Source: Deltaproteobacteria bacterium
Lineage (GTDB): Bacteria > Myxococcota > Kuafuiibacteriia > Kuafuiibacteriales > Kuafuiibacteriaceae
Assembly (NCBI GenBank): GCA_040218735.1
Contig: JAVJQW010000033.1
Coordinates: forward strand, 32,001 to 96,000
Direction of reading: 5' to 3'
DNA length: 64,000 nucleotides
The notes under the pieces are model-generated. The model was not told where the DNA came from. It searched no databases and was given only the letters and a program-made list of their open reading frames with translations. A program made the position numbers and the translations under genes. Below, piece by piece: positions 19,927-28,949 of the stretch (positions are counted from its first letter, which is position 1; each line of letters starts with the position of its first letter).

Positions 19927-20548
19927 TCTCCTCGTCCTCGCGACGATCGTCTTTGCGCTGATCGCCGGAGCGATCATGGTCTGGTACCTGATACGCCAAC
20001 CCGCGCTCACCGCTGCAACCAAACTTGCGTTGCTCGCGGGCATCTTCGTCTTCCCGCTGCTGTCCGCGATGTCCGGCAACGTGTCCGGCTACGAGACCAC
20101 CCAGAAGCGTCACTTCTGCGGTGGGTGCCACGTCATGATCCCGTACACCGATGACGCGGAGAATCCGAACAGCACTTCACTCGCGTCGCTGCACGCGAGG
20201 AACGAGCTGTTCGGTGATCGCAACTGCTACCGCTGTCACGAGGACTACGCGATGTTCGGCGCCGTCACGACGAAGGCGACCGGCCTCGTGCACGCGTATC
20301 ACTACGTGAAGTCGTACTGGTCGATGCCCGCGGAGGACGCGCTCGGCAAGATGCACCTGTACAACCCGTACCCCAACTCCAACTGCATGCACTGTCACTC
20401 GACTCGGCTCCCGGGGTTCGAGGAGCTCGCGGATCACAAGGGCGCGCTCGAGTCGATTCGCGAAGGCAAGGAGAGTTGCGTGAGCTCGGGGTGCCACGGC
20501 CCGGTGCACCCGTTCTCCAAGAAGAAAGAGGAGGAGGCGCAGCCATGA
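19910..20548 (+). CDS. NapC/NirT-family membrane-bound tetraheme cytochrome (quinol dehydrogenase-like)
   Basis: Two N-terminal TMs, then FCGGCHVM, CYRCH, CMHCH and CVSSGCH. Confidence 0.85.
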   Translation: MKSIADLLVLATIVFALIAGAIMVWYLIRQPALTAATKLALLAGIFVFPLLSAMSGNVSGYETTQKRHFCGGCHVMIPYTDDAENPNSTSLASLHARNELFGDRNCYRCHEDYAMFGAVTTKATGLVHAYHYVKSYWSMPAEDALGKMHLYNPYPNSNCMHCHSTRLPGFEELADHKGALESIREGKESCVSSGCHGPVHPFSKKKEEEAQP

Positions 20549-20775
20549 CGGCGCTGTCCTCGCCGTCCGCGCATCGCCGCCTCCGCTACGCGTGCTGGAT
20601 GACCATCGCGGCGCTCGCGATGTTCGTCTGGTCCGTGATCGACCCCGGCGTCATCCCGGTGATGATCGCGATGAGCGTCGGGCAGGTGCTCGGGACGCTC
20701 GCGACGATGCTGTTCCTCTGGGTCGTGCTCTCGGACCTGCGGCGCGCACGGGTGTTGGATCGGGAACGCCGATGA
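20545..20775 (+). CDS. Small 2-TM membrane protein
   Basis: 76 aa with two hydrophobic helices; ATGA overlaps at both ends. Confidence 0.75.
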   Translation: MTALSSPSAHRRLRYACWMTIAALAMFVWSVIDPGVIPVMIAMSVGQVLGTLATMLFLWVVLSDLRRARVLDRERR

Positions 20776-21890
20776 TCCCGTTGCTCCTCCTCGTCGTCGC
20801 GCAGGCTGCGCCGAGTTATCGGTTGCGCGCCGACGTGCTCGCGGCGAGCCAGGCGCCCTCCGGCGTCATCGCGCTGTCGGGGGAGGCGAAGCAGGCTTCG
20901 TGGGTCTCCGCCGAGGCGCTGCTGTGGGCGGGCGACGAGGAGATCGACGCGCTGATCGCGTCCGTGCGGCTGGTGCACCCCGACGGACTGGGCGAGCTGC
21001 GCGCCGGTCGAATGCTGCTCGCGACGGGGGCGCTTCGGCCCGTGCACTTCGACGGCGCGGCGGGCCTCGTGCGTGCTCCGTGGGGTACGACCGTCGAGGC
21101 GTTCGCGGGGTCGCCGGTGGTGCCGCGTTTTGCGTACCGCGGCGGTGACTGGTTGGTGGGCGGGCGTGTCGTGCAGCGCGTGAGCGGCCTCGGCCACGTC
21201 GGCGTCGCGATCCTGCGACGCACCGACGACGGCGCGCTCGCGGACCAGGAGGTCGGCCTCGACGCGGTGTTCCTACCGGCGGAGAGCGTCGACGTCGCCG
21301 CGCGGGCCGCGTACGACCTCGTGACCTACGGCGTGAGCGAAGCCTCGATCGGCGGCGGCGTGACGCTGTCCCCGGTGCGGGTGAGCGTGCTCGCGCAGCA
21401 CCGTTCGCCGTCCCGGATCCTGCTCGCGACGTCCGTGTTCTCCGTGCTCGGCGACGTGCCTTCCAACGCATTCCTCGTCACGGCCGACTGGCGCGCGGCG
21501 CCGCGCCTCGACGTGTCGCTGACCGCCGGCGCGCGGCACGTGGACGGGTGGGGCGACGAGGTTCGCCTCGCCTCCACGTTACGTCTCGACGACCGCGGGC
21601 ACGGGGCCGTCGGCGTCGTCCTCACGCGCTACGGCGCAGGGGGCGCGAGGTGGATGGGCGCGCGGGTGTTCGTGCGCCAACCGATCGTCGATGCGTTGAT
21701 CGCATCGCTCGAGGCGGAGCTCGCGCGCACGGAAGACGGTGACGTCTGGCCGTGGGCGCTCGGTGCGATCACCTGGCGGTTCCTGCCGCGGTGGGACGCG
21801 GCGCTCGCGGTGGAGAGCAGCGCGTCGCCGACGTACCGCTACGCAGTGCAGGCGATCGGACGGGTGGGGTACCGGTGGAGCGGACCGTGA
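20772..21890 (+). CDS. Predicted outer-membrane beta-barrel (porin) protein
   Basis: Signal peptide, amphipathic beta-strand alternation throughout, C-terminal strand QAIGRVGYRW; lies inside the cytochrome operon. Confidence 0.7.
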   Translation: MIPLLLLVVAQAAPSYRLRADVLAASQAPSGVIALSGEAKQASWVSAEALLWAGDEEIDALIASVRLVHPDGLGELRAGRMLLATGALRPVHFDGAAGLVRAPWGTTVEAFAGSPVVPRFAYRGGDWLVGGRVVQRVSGLGHVGVAILRRTDDGALADQEVGLDAVFLPAESVDVAARAAYDLVTYGVSEASIGGGVTLSPVRVSVLAQHRSPSRILLATSVFSVLGDVPSNAFLVTADWRAAPRLDVSLTAGARHVDGWGDEVRLASTLRLDDRGHGAVGVVLTRYGAGGARWMGARVFVRQPIVDALIASLEAELARTEDGDVWPWALGAITWRFLPRWDAALAVESSASPTYRYAVQAIGRVGYRWSGP

Positions 21891-22915
21891 AGCGTTTGTT
21901 GGTGTTGTTGGCGCCGGTTGCGTTCGCGGCGTGTGCGACGTTGCTCGGGATCCGTCCGCCGGAGGGCGGGCCCTTCGAGCACCGCGCGCACGTCTTGAAC
22001 GGCATCGCCTGCCTCGACTGCCATACGTCGATCCTCGCCGCGACGTCCTCCTCCGCGGTCGCGCTGCCGACCCGCGATCTGTGCTGGAAGTGCCACGAAG
22101 ATCCGCACGACAAAAAGCCCTGCCTGACCTGCCACGGCGATCGCGACACCGCGCGCCGCACGGAGATGGCGCGTTACTACCTGAGCTTCGATCACTCGAC
22201 GCACACGCCGCGGCTCGACGGGCAGTGCGTCCGTTGCCACGTCGACGTGCGCGAGGAGCGCGCGAGCCTGATGCCGAAGATGGGCGTCTGCCTCTCCTGC
22301 CACGCACACGAAGACGACTTCGAGGTGCGCGACTGCGACCGCTGCCACGTCGCGCTGGAGGCGGAGACGGTGCGCCCCTCGAGCCACGCGGTGCACGCCG
22401 ACGACTTCGTTCGGTCGCACGGTCCGCAGGCGTCTTCGTCCGCCGACCTCTGCCGGACCTGCCACAGCGAACGCGAGTGCGCCTCCTGCCACGGCATCTC
22501 CGTGCCCGCGTTGTCCTGGCGCTTCGAGCTCGACAACCCGCGGCGCGCGGGGCTGCACCGCGCGAACTTCGTCGCTCGCCACGCGACGGAGGCGCGCGTC
22601 GACGCGAGCGCCTGTCTGTCGTGCCACACCCGCGAGACGTGCCAGAGCTGCCACGCGCGCGAGGACGTCGCGACCGGCTCCACGAAAGTGAGCCCCCACC
22701 CGCCGGGGTGGGTCGGCGTGAATTCGAACCGCCACGGGATCGAGGCGCGGCGGGATCCGCTGGCGTGTGCGTCGTGCCACGGCGGCGCGGGCGAGATGTT
22801 GTGCGTCGACTGTCACGCGGTGGGCCGCTTCGGCGGATCGCCCCATCCGCCGGGTTACCGCAGCGCGAAGAACCGCGCGCGCGACGTGCCGTGTCGCTGG
22901 TGCCACGTCCCGTGA
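21887..22915 (+). CDS. Cytochrome c3-like multiheme lipoprotein (13 CxxCH)
   Basis: Lipobox FAAC; FEHRAH and FDHSTH c3-type segments; 13 CxxCH; GTGA overlap. Confidence 0.88.
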   Translation: MKRLLVLLAPVAFAACATLLGIRPPEGGPFEHRAHVLNGIACLDCHTSILAATSSSAVALPTRDLCWKCHEDPHDKKPCLTCHGDRDTARRTEMARYYLSFDHSTHTPRLDGQCVRCHVDVREERASLMPKMGVCLSCHAHEDDFEVRDCDRCHVALEAETVRPSSHAVHADDFVRSHGPQASSSADLCRTCHSERECASCHGISVPALSWRFELDNPRRAGLHRANFVARHATEARVDASACLSCHTRETCQSCHAREDVATGSTKVSPHPPGWVGVNSNRHGIEARRDPLACASCHGGAGEMLCVDCHAVGRFGGSPHPPGYRSAKNRARDVPCRWCHVP

Positions 22916-24273
22916 AGCGTTGGGTCGCCGCGTTGTTGTTCCTCGTCGCGTGTGATGCGCCGACGCGCCCGTCCGTCTACGTCCCGGAGTCGTGGAAGGA
23001 GTACCGCAAGGGCATCGGCCACCTCGTGCACCTCGAGGCGGAGGACATCGCGTGCGCCGACTGCCACCCCGCGGAGGGGAGCGGCTTCGCTTCTCCGGGT
23101 GATCTGATCTGCGAGCGGTGCCACGAGGACGTCCTGGATCGGACGCACGTGTCCGCCGAGGCGCCGAAGAGCAAGTGCCTCGAGTGCCACGGCTTCAAGG
23201 AGGTCACGGAGGTCGCGCCCGACGCCTGCGCGCGGTGCCACGAGGACGCCGAGGTCCACACGGACAAGTGCACTTCGTGCCACCAGCCCCACGGCACCAA
23301 GCCGCGCGCCCGCTGCGAGACGTGCCATGAAGAGGTCAGCTCGGCGCTGCACGTCACCATCCGCGATCCGATCGAACGCTGCGAGGCCTGCCACGAACCG
23401 CACGGTGACGTCCGTTCGTGCGCGAGCTGCCACGAGGACAAGAAGGCGGCGCCCGGTCACGAGGGTTGCTCGGACTGCCACGTCGCGCACGACGAGCCGA
23501 AGACCTGCGCGAGTTGCCACACGAAGCAGTCGGACCTCGGGCACGAGAAGTGCTCGGACTGCCACGACCCGCACCGCGAGTCGAAGCCCCTCGACGCGTG
23601 CGCGACGTGCCACACCGACGTGTTAGTGAACCACGCCGACAAGAACGCGTGCGCCGACTGTCACGCTGGGCACGCGAAACCGACGCTCACCTGCACGAAG
23701 TGCCACGAGAACGCCCCGTCCGACCGCGCGCTGCATGCGAGCAAGACGGATTGCAAGAGCTGCCACCAGCCCCACGGGATGCAACCGCTCGATTGTTCGC
23801 GCTGCCACGCGACGGTGCTCCCGATCGCGCCGCACGAGGACTGCGCGTCCTGCCACGACACCGCGCACGCTCCGAAGAAGGACGACGCGGCGTGCGCGAC
23901 GTGCCACGAGGTCGGCGGCCACGAAAAGTGCGGCGACTGCCACGAGCCTCACACCGGGCGCACTGCGAAGAAGGACTGCGCGTCGTGCCACGACAAGGTC
24001 ACGGCGCACGGCAAGAAGGCTTGCGCGACGTGCCACGATCAACACGCGAAGAACGAGCCGCCGGCGTGTGTCTCTTGCCACGAGGTGCTGCCGGCGCTGC
24101 ACGGCGACCCCGGGCACCGCGACTGCAGTGGGTGCCACGAGGCGCACGGACCGCGCCCGGTGTCGGACCGGCGAACGTGTGGCCGTTGCCACGAAGGTCT
24201 GGAGACACACGAGCCCGCGGCGTCGTCGTGCCGCGGCTGTCACCCGTTCACGACGGCCGCCGTACCACGATGA
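22912..24273 (+). CDS. 25-heme c-type cytochrome lipoprotein
   Basis: Lipobox LVAC; 25 CxxCH counted in 453 aa; GTGA overlap with the upstream stop. Confidence 0.9.
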   Translation: MKRWVAALLFLVACDAPTRPSVYVPESWKEYRKGIGHLVHLEAEDIACADCHPAEGSGFASPGDLICERCHEDVLDRTHVSAEAPKSKCLECHGFKEVTEVAPDACARCHEDAEVHTDKCTSCHQPHGTKPRARCETCHEEVSSALHVTIRDPIERCEACHEPHGDVRSCASCHEDKKAAPGHEGCSDCHVAHDEPKTCASCHTKQSDLGHEKCSDCHDPHRESKPLDACATCHTDVLVNHADKNACADCHAGHAKPTLTCTKCHENAPSDRALHASKTDCKSCHQPHGMQPLDCSRCHATVLPIAPHEDCASCHDTAHAPKKDDAACATCHEVGGHEKCGDCHEPHTGRTAKKDCASCHDKVTAHGKKACATCHDQHAKNEPPACVSCHEVLPALHGDPGHRDCSGCHEAHGPRPVSDRRTCGRCHEGLETHEPAASSCRGCHPFTTAAVPR

Positions 24274-24928
24274 TGTTGCTGTGGTTGAGCAGTCGGAGGT
24301 CGTGGGTGAGGACCTCGAAGCCGGCGTCGCGGCACATCGGTGGGAAGGAAGCACCGGTCGTCGCGGAGAAGCCGGCGTCCTGCGCGCCGGGGAGCTGGGC
24401 GGCCTGCTTGGTCTTGTCGGAGTACTGGAGGACGGCGATGCCGCCCGGGCGCAGCACCCGGAACGACTCGCGGACGTAGGCTTCGACGACGGGCACCGGG
24501 AGGTGCACGAGGGTGCCGAAGCTGAAGACGAAGTCCACGCTCGCGTCGGCGACGCCGCGCATCTCGTCGCCGCTCGTCAAGTAGAACTCGAAGCGCGGGC
24601 CGAAGCGGTGCTCGAGGTATTCGCAGAACTCGGGGACGATCTCGACGACGATGATCTTGCGGGCGCGCAGGAGGAACTGCGTCCACCGCCCGCCGCCGGA
24701 GCCGATCTCGAGCACGGTGCTGCTCGGGCGGACGTAGGGGCGGATGTAGCGGTCGACGACCCGGCTGAGATCGCCGGGGATCTTACGTCGCCGGGCGTAG
24801 CGCTCGACGAGGTAACGCAGCGTGCCGTGGCGCGGGTCGCCCCACTGCGTGCCGTACAGGAAGGGGTCGTCGGCGGCGAGGTGGGCCCGGATGAGGGCGC
24901 CGTACTGGAGCGCTTCGTCGTGTGCCAC
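24248..24928 (-). CDS. Class I SAM-dependent methyltransferase
   Basis: VLEIGSGGGRWT, SVDFVFSFGTLVHL, RVLRPGG; GTG start inferred. Confidence 0.88.
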   Translation of the reverse strand: MAHDEALQYGALIRAHLAADDPFLYGTQWGDPRHGTLRYLVERYARRRKIPGDLSRVVDRYIRPYVRPSSTVLEIGSGGGRWTQFLLRARKIIVVEIVPEFCEYLEHRFGPRFEFYLTSGDEMRGVADASVDFVFSFGTLVHLPVPVVEAYVRESFRVLRPGGIAVLQYSDKTKQAAQLPGAQDAGFSATTGASFPPMCRDAGFEVLTHDLRLLNHSNIIVVRRPS

Positions 24929-25073
24929 GGGCGAAAACGGGGGTAGCAGCCCCGATTCGGGTGTGTCGAGTGGCGCCGGATGTCGTGATTTCAGAGGGTT
25001 GGCGAGAACGACGAAAAAACATGGAACCGACCGAAACCGCGCGTGGTCCGTTCTAGAGTTGATGGTGCGCGCC

Positions 25074-25739
25074 ATGGCGAACCCCCGGCCCACTGCCCCC
25101 GACGTCCAGCGGCCGCAACAGAAGCTGGAGTTGGCGAAGCCCGCCGAGCCCAACGGAGGTACGACCTCCGGTGTGGAGGACGTCGCCCTCGTGGAGCGCA
25201 TCGCGGGCGGTGATGACGCCGCCTTCGAGCAGCTCGTCGAGCGGTACCAACACCGCATCTTCTCGTTCTGCGCGCGGATGCTGCAGGACCGACAGGAAGC
25301 CGAGGACGTCGCGCAGGACGTCTTCATCACGCTGTACAAGAACGCCGGGGAGTTTCGAGGGGAGTCGCAGTTTTCGACGTGGCTGTTTCGAATCGCCAAG
25401 AACCAGACGCTCAACCGCATCAAGTACCTGGAGCGGCGCGGTCGTTCGAAGAAACGATCCGTCGACGAGCTCGCGGACGACGGACCGGGGGCGCTCGCCG
25501 ACCCGCAGGACGTCCCGGCCGACGACCGCATCGCCGATGCGCAGCGCGCGGCCCTCGTCCAGGAGGCGATCGGGACGCTCGCAGAAGATCACCGTGCAGT
25601 CGTCGTGCTGCGCGACATGGAGGATCTCTCGTACGAAGAGATCTCCGAGATCACCGGCCTGCCCATTGGCACGGTGAAGAGCCGCATTCACCGCGGGCGC
25701 AGCGCGCTCGCGCGTCGGCTCAAGAGGATTTTTGGATGA
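25074..25739 (+). CDS. ECF RNA polymerase sigma factor
   Basis: AFEQLVERYQ, EAEDVAQDVF, FSTWLFRIAKN, LSYEEISEITGLPIGTVKSRIHRGR. Confidence 0.95.
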   Translation: MANPRPTAPDVQRPQQKLELAKPAEPNGGTTSGVEDVALVERIAGGDDAAFEQLVERYQHRIFSFCARMLQDRQEAEDVAQDVFITLYKNAGEFRGESQFSTWLFRIAKNQTLNRIKYLERRGRSKKRSVDELADDGPGALADPQDVPADDRIADAQRAALVQEAIGTLAEDHRAVVVLRDMEDLSYEEISEITGLPIGTVKSRIHRGRSALARRLKRIFG

Positions 25740-26425
25740 ATCTCTTCGAACGAACACGGTTGCTCTTCTCTCCTCACGCACGCGCGGAGCGGTTGATCGA
25801 TGATCACCTCGACGCCGCGCGCGGCGAGGCTTCGCTGCCGCCGTCGGATCAGGCGTGGTTGGAGCAGCACCTCGAGGGTTGTGTGTCCTGTCGCGCCGTT
25901 CGCGACGAGCGCCACGCGCTCCTAGAGGCGATGCGCGCCGCGCCGACCGAGCGTGCGCCTACCGGCTTCGCGGGCCGCGTGCTGATGGCCGCGAAGGCGC
26001 GGGCGGATGTGGAGCCGGAGGTCGTGGTTCCGGAGCGTCGCTTCGGGCTCGGCGGCGTCGCTGCGTTGGCGATGGTCGCGGGACTTTTTGTATTCGCCGC
26101 GATCATCCCCACCGGGAAGGACGGCGGCGGTGGCGTGCAGGTCAGCGGTCACGCGACCGAGCTTCAGGACCGGCCGCACTTCGTCGTGCGCGCGCCGGGG
26201 GTCGGGGCCGCGAAGGTCCGCGCGCAGATCACTTCGATCGTCACGGCGCACGAAGGAACGCTGGAGGCGGCTGGAGACGACGTCCTGGTGCGCATCCCAC
26301 GCGCCGAGTTGATCGGTGCGATGCAGGACCTCGCGCAGCGCGGTCGCTTCAAGGTCAGCAAGGCCGACGCGGGGGAGATCGGCCCCGGCGTCGAGACGAT
26401 CGTCATACGCTTCGAGCTCGACTGA
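25736..26425 (+). CDS. Zinc-binding (ZAS/zf-HC2) transmembrane anti-sigma factor
   Basis: HLEGCVSC (HxxxCxxC), one TM, extracytoplasmic C-domain; ATGA overlap with the sigma gene. Confidence 0.85.
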   Translation: MNLFERTRLLFSPHARAERLIDDHLDAARGEASLPPSDQAWLEQHLEGCVSCRAVRDERHALLEAMRAAPTERAPTGFAGRVLMAAKARADVEPEVVVPERRFGLGGVAALAMVAGLFVFAAIIPTGKDGGGGVQVSGHATELQDRPHFVVRAPGVGAAKVRAQITSIVTAHEGTLEAAGDDVLVRIPRAELIGAMQDLAQRGRFKVSKADAGEIGPGVETIVIRFELD

Positions 26426-26513
26426 ATCGGTCGGGCAGCTTCAGCTGACATCGGCGCTCCGCTCTCTCGGATCGCCTATACTGGTTCTGCGGCGTTCGCG
26501 CCGTTCGAGGACC

Positions 26514-28940
26514 ATGAGCACCCGTCGCCTCCCGCCTTCCCACGCGCCGGCCCACGGGCGGCGGCGTCAGGAGGGCGGCACCACGGTGCCCGGTGGTCCG
26601 GGTGCGGCGGACGGGACGGCTCCGGGGCGTCGGGTCGGACAGCAGGGGCGCACCGCCGAGGTCACCAAGGGCCTCGCGGAGACCGACTCTTCCGCAGAGG
26701 ACCGCGCGAAGAAGCGGCGTCGCACCGAGGAGGAGCACCGACTGTTCGTCGCCGAGCGGCGTGAGGTGCACACCCGATCGCGGCGGCGTGTGCTCCGCTC
26801 CGTCGAGACACACCTCGACGATCGGCGCACCGATACCCGCGAGACCGGCGACCGCAAGACCTTCGAGTCGCGGGCGCCCGACCGACCGATGTCGAGGTCC
26901 GACGCCGTGCAGCGCGCGGCGGGCGCGTTCGAGCGGTGCGCCGGGTACATGAGTCGCGGGCTCGCTTCGGAGGCATCGTTCACGTTCCGCTCCGAGGCGA
27001 TGCAAGCGCGCAGCGCGGCGTCGGCGATGGGGCCGCGCACGACGGAGGGTCGGACGCTCGAGGCGATGGCGGCGAACATGGAGCTTCGTGCGGACGCCCT
27101 CCGGGCGATGCCGCCGGGGCACGCGCGGAAGCTCGCGCACTCGATGGATCGACTCGCGTCCGGGACGCAGGCGCGCGCGGAGCGGACGCCGGGCTTCGAC
27201 GGACGGCTGCTCGCGTCCGTGGCGATGGACACCGCCGCGCTCGCGGCGCTGCTGGAGATCGGCGCGGACAACTGCGAGGCGTTCCTGTCGAAGGGGCTCC
27301 TCCGTGCGTTGATGCGCCTGGCCGACAAGGGCGTCGACCTGATGAAGGGTCGGCACGTCCCGCAGCTCGACGGGGCGTCGGATCCGAAGGCGGAGGGTCG
27401 GGATCTGCAGAAACTCGTCGGGCGCGTCGGCCGGGGGATCGAGGACGCGCGGATACCGCTGCACCGACTCGGCGCTCCAACGGTGGACGGACCAGTGCCC
27501 GGCGCGGACCTTCGCGCGCTCGCGGAGCACCCGCTGCTGAAGGATCTGTGGCCGGCGCTCGTCGCGCTGTCGGGTGCGTTGGCCCAGGGGGATCCGCGCA
27601 ACGTTCAGCGCGCGCGCGGCGCGCTGCTGGACGGTCTGCGGCAGCACCCGCAGCTCGGCGTCGCGAAGAACCACCTCGGACTGTCGCTGCCCGCGAACCC
27701 GAAGGGCGTGAGTGATCGCGTCGCGTCCGAGCAGATGCTCCCGACGCTGCTGCTGAACGGGATGCTGAGAGGTCAGGTCGCGAACATCCTCGCGCCCGAC
27801 AACACCAACCCCATGTGGCAGTGGATGAAGAACGCCGCGGCGCCGCCGCCGCAGGGGGTGGATCTCACCGCGAGCGAGCAGATGATTTCGGATCTGTGGA
27901 ACCACGGCACGACGGCGTGGCCCGCGCAGGCGCTCGGCCGGAGCGAACACATGCTGCAAGCGAGCTACGGGTGGCTCCGCACGGCGGGGCAGGTGAGCCA
28001 GTCGATTCAGTCGCTCACCACGAGCGGCGTGCAGGCCCACGTCACCGCGTCCGACAAAAACGCGCTCACGAGCCTCCCGCCGATCGGCGCGCACGAGAAG
28101 GCGGTGCTCGTGGACAAGAACGGCGTCGTGCTCGTGCGTAGCGAGGACGGCCCGCGCTTTCACCAGGGGCACCTCGTCGACGCGTCGGGGGAGCGGCACT
28201 ACTTCGATACGCATCCGCTGCAAGCTGGGTTGCAGCGCGTGGAGTACACGAGCGCGTCGAACGCGACGAACCGGACGAACCGCGTGGAGCTGGAGGTCGC
28301 GGGGGACCGCGCGCAGCTCCTCGAACGCGAGGCGGCGCAGCGGAGTGTCTTCGTCGGCCCCGGCGTGGTGGGCGGTGAGCTCGAAGGTGTCGAGGCGGCC
28401 GAGGACGACGACGCCGCGCCGACCGTGAAACACCGGACTTGGTCGACGCAGGACGGGGAGTACGAGGACATCGCGGCTGTCGCGATCTTCAACGCGACAC
28501 CCACGGCCACGGGCTTCCGCGGGGTGACGACGCGCCACGCTGCGCGGCTCGCGGCGGACGCGATCGATCGCATCAACGCAGGCCTCCCGCGAGACCTGCG
28601 GCAACCCCATCTGTACCTCGAGTCTGCGTCCGACGCTGCGGTGCGACTCGCCGAGCTCGGCCACGATCACAGCGACGTGTTCCAGGAGCACGTTCGTGTG
28701 TCGCTCCTCGGCATCGACTGCAACCCGTCCGCTTCGGCGCTGCTCGTGCTCTTCGCGACCGACGCCGAAGGCGAGGCGCGCGCCGAAGGGATCCTCGACG
28801 AGCTCGACGGCCGTGCCGACGTCGTGGCCGGAGGCACCTGCGCGCCGTACGTGATGGGCGACGATCACCTGCGCGACGAGCGGCTGATGGTGGATGGTGT
28901 GCTGCTCGTGCAGCGGCCGGGCGCGGCGATCATCTCCTAG
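26514..28940 (+). CDS. Large hypothetical protein (808 aa)
   Basis: Long ORF with genome-typical codon usage, GAGG ribosome-binding site before ATG, no recognisable motif. Confidence 0.7.
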   Translation: MSTRRLPPSHAPAHGRRRQEGGTTVPGGPGAADGTAPGRRVGQQGRTAEVTKGLAETDSSAEDRAKKRRRTEEEHRLFVAERREVHTRSRRRVLRSVETHLDDRRTDTRETGDRKTFESRAPDRPMSRSDAVQRAAGAFERCAGYMSRGLASEASFTFRSEAMQARSAASAMGPRTTEGRTLEAMAANMELRADALRAMPPGHARKLAHSMDRLASGTQARAERTPGFDGRLLASVAMDTAALAALLEIGADNCEAFLSKGLLRALMRLADKGVDLMKGRHVPQLDGASDPKAEGRDLQKLVGRVGRGIEDARIPLHRLGAPTVDGPVPGADLRALAEHPLLKDLWPALVALSGALAQGDPRNVQRARGALLDGLRQHPQLGVAKNHLGLSLPANPKGVSDRVASEQMLPTLLLNGMLRGQVANILAPDNTNPMWQWMKNAAAPPPQGVDLTASEQMISDLWNHGTTAWPAQALGRSEHMLQASYGWLRTAGQVSQSIQSLTTSGVQAHVTASDKNALTSLPPIGAHEKAVLVDKNGVVLVRSEDGPRFHQGHLVDASGERHYFDTHPLQAGLQRVEYTSASNATNRTNRVELEVAGDRAQLLEREAAQRSVFVGPGVVGGELEGVEAAEDDDAAPTVKHRTWSTQDGEYEDIAAVAIFNATPTATGFRGVTTRHAARLAADAIDRINAGLPRDLRQPHLYLESASDAAVRLAELGHDHSDVFQEHVRVSLLGIDCNPSASALLVLFATDAEGEARAEGILDELDGRADVVAGGTCAPYVMGDDHLRDERLMVDGVLLVQRPGAAIIS

Positions 28941-28949
28941 GGAGTCACG

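Noticed and set aside
22912-24273. Recurrent TGCCAC-containing DNA repeats resembling an array
   Set aside because: Fully explained by CxxCH codons.
25023-25055. GGAACC...GTCC/TCTA as an autoregulatory ECF promoter
   Set aside because: Plausible position, but several registers fit equally poorly; not supportable without TSS data.
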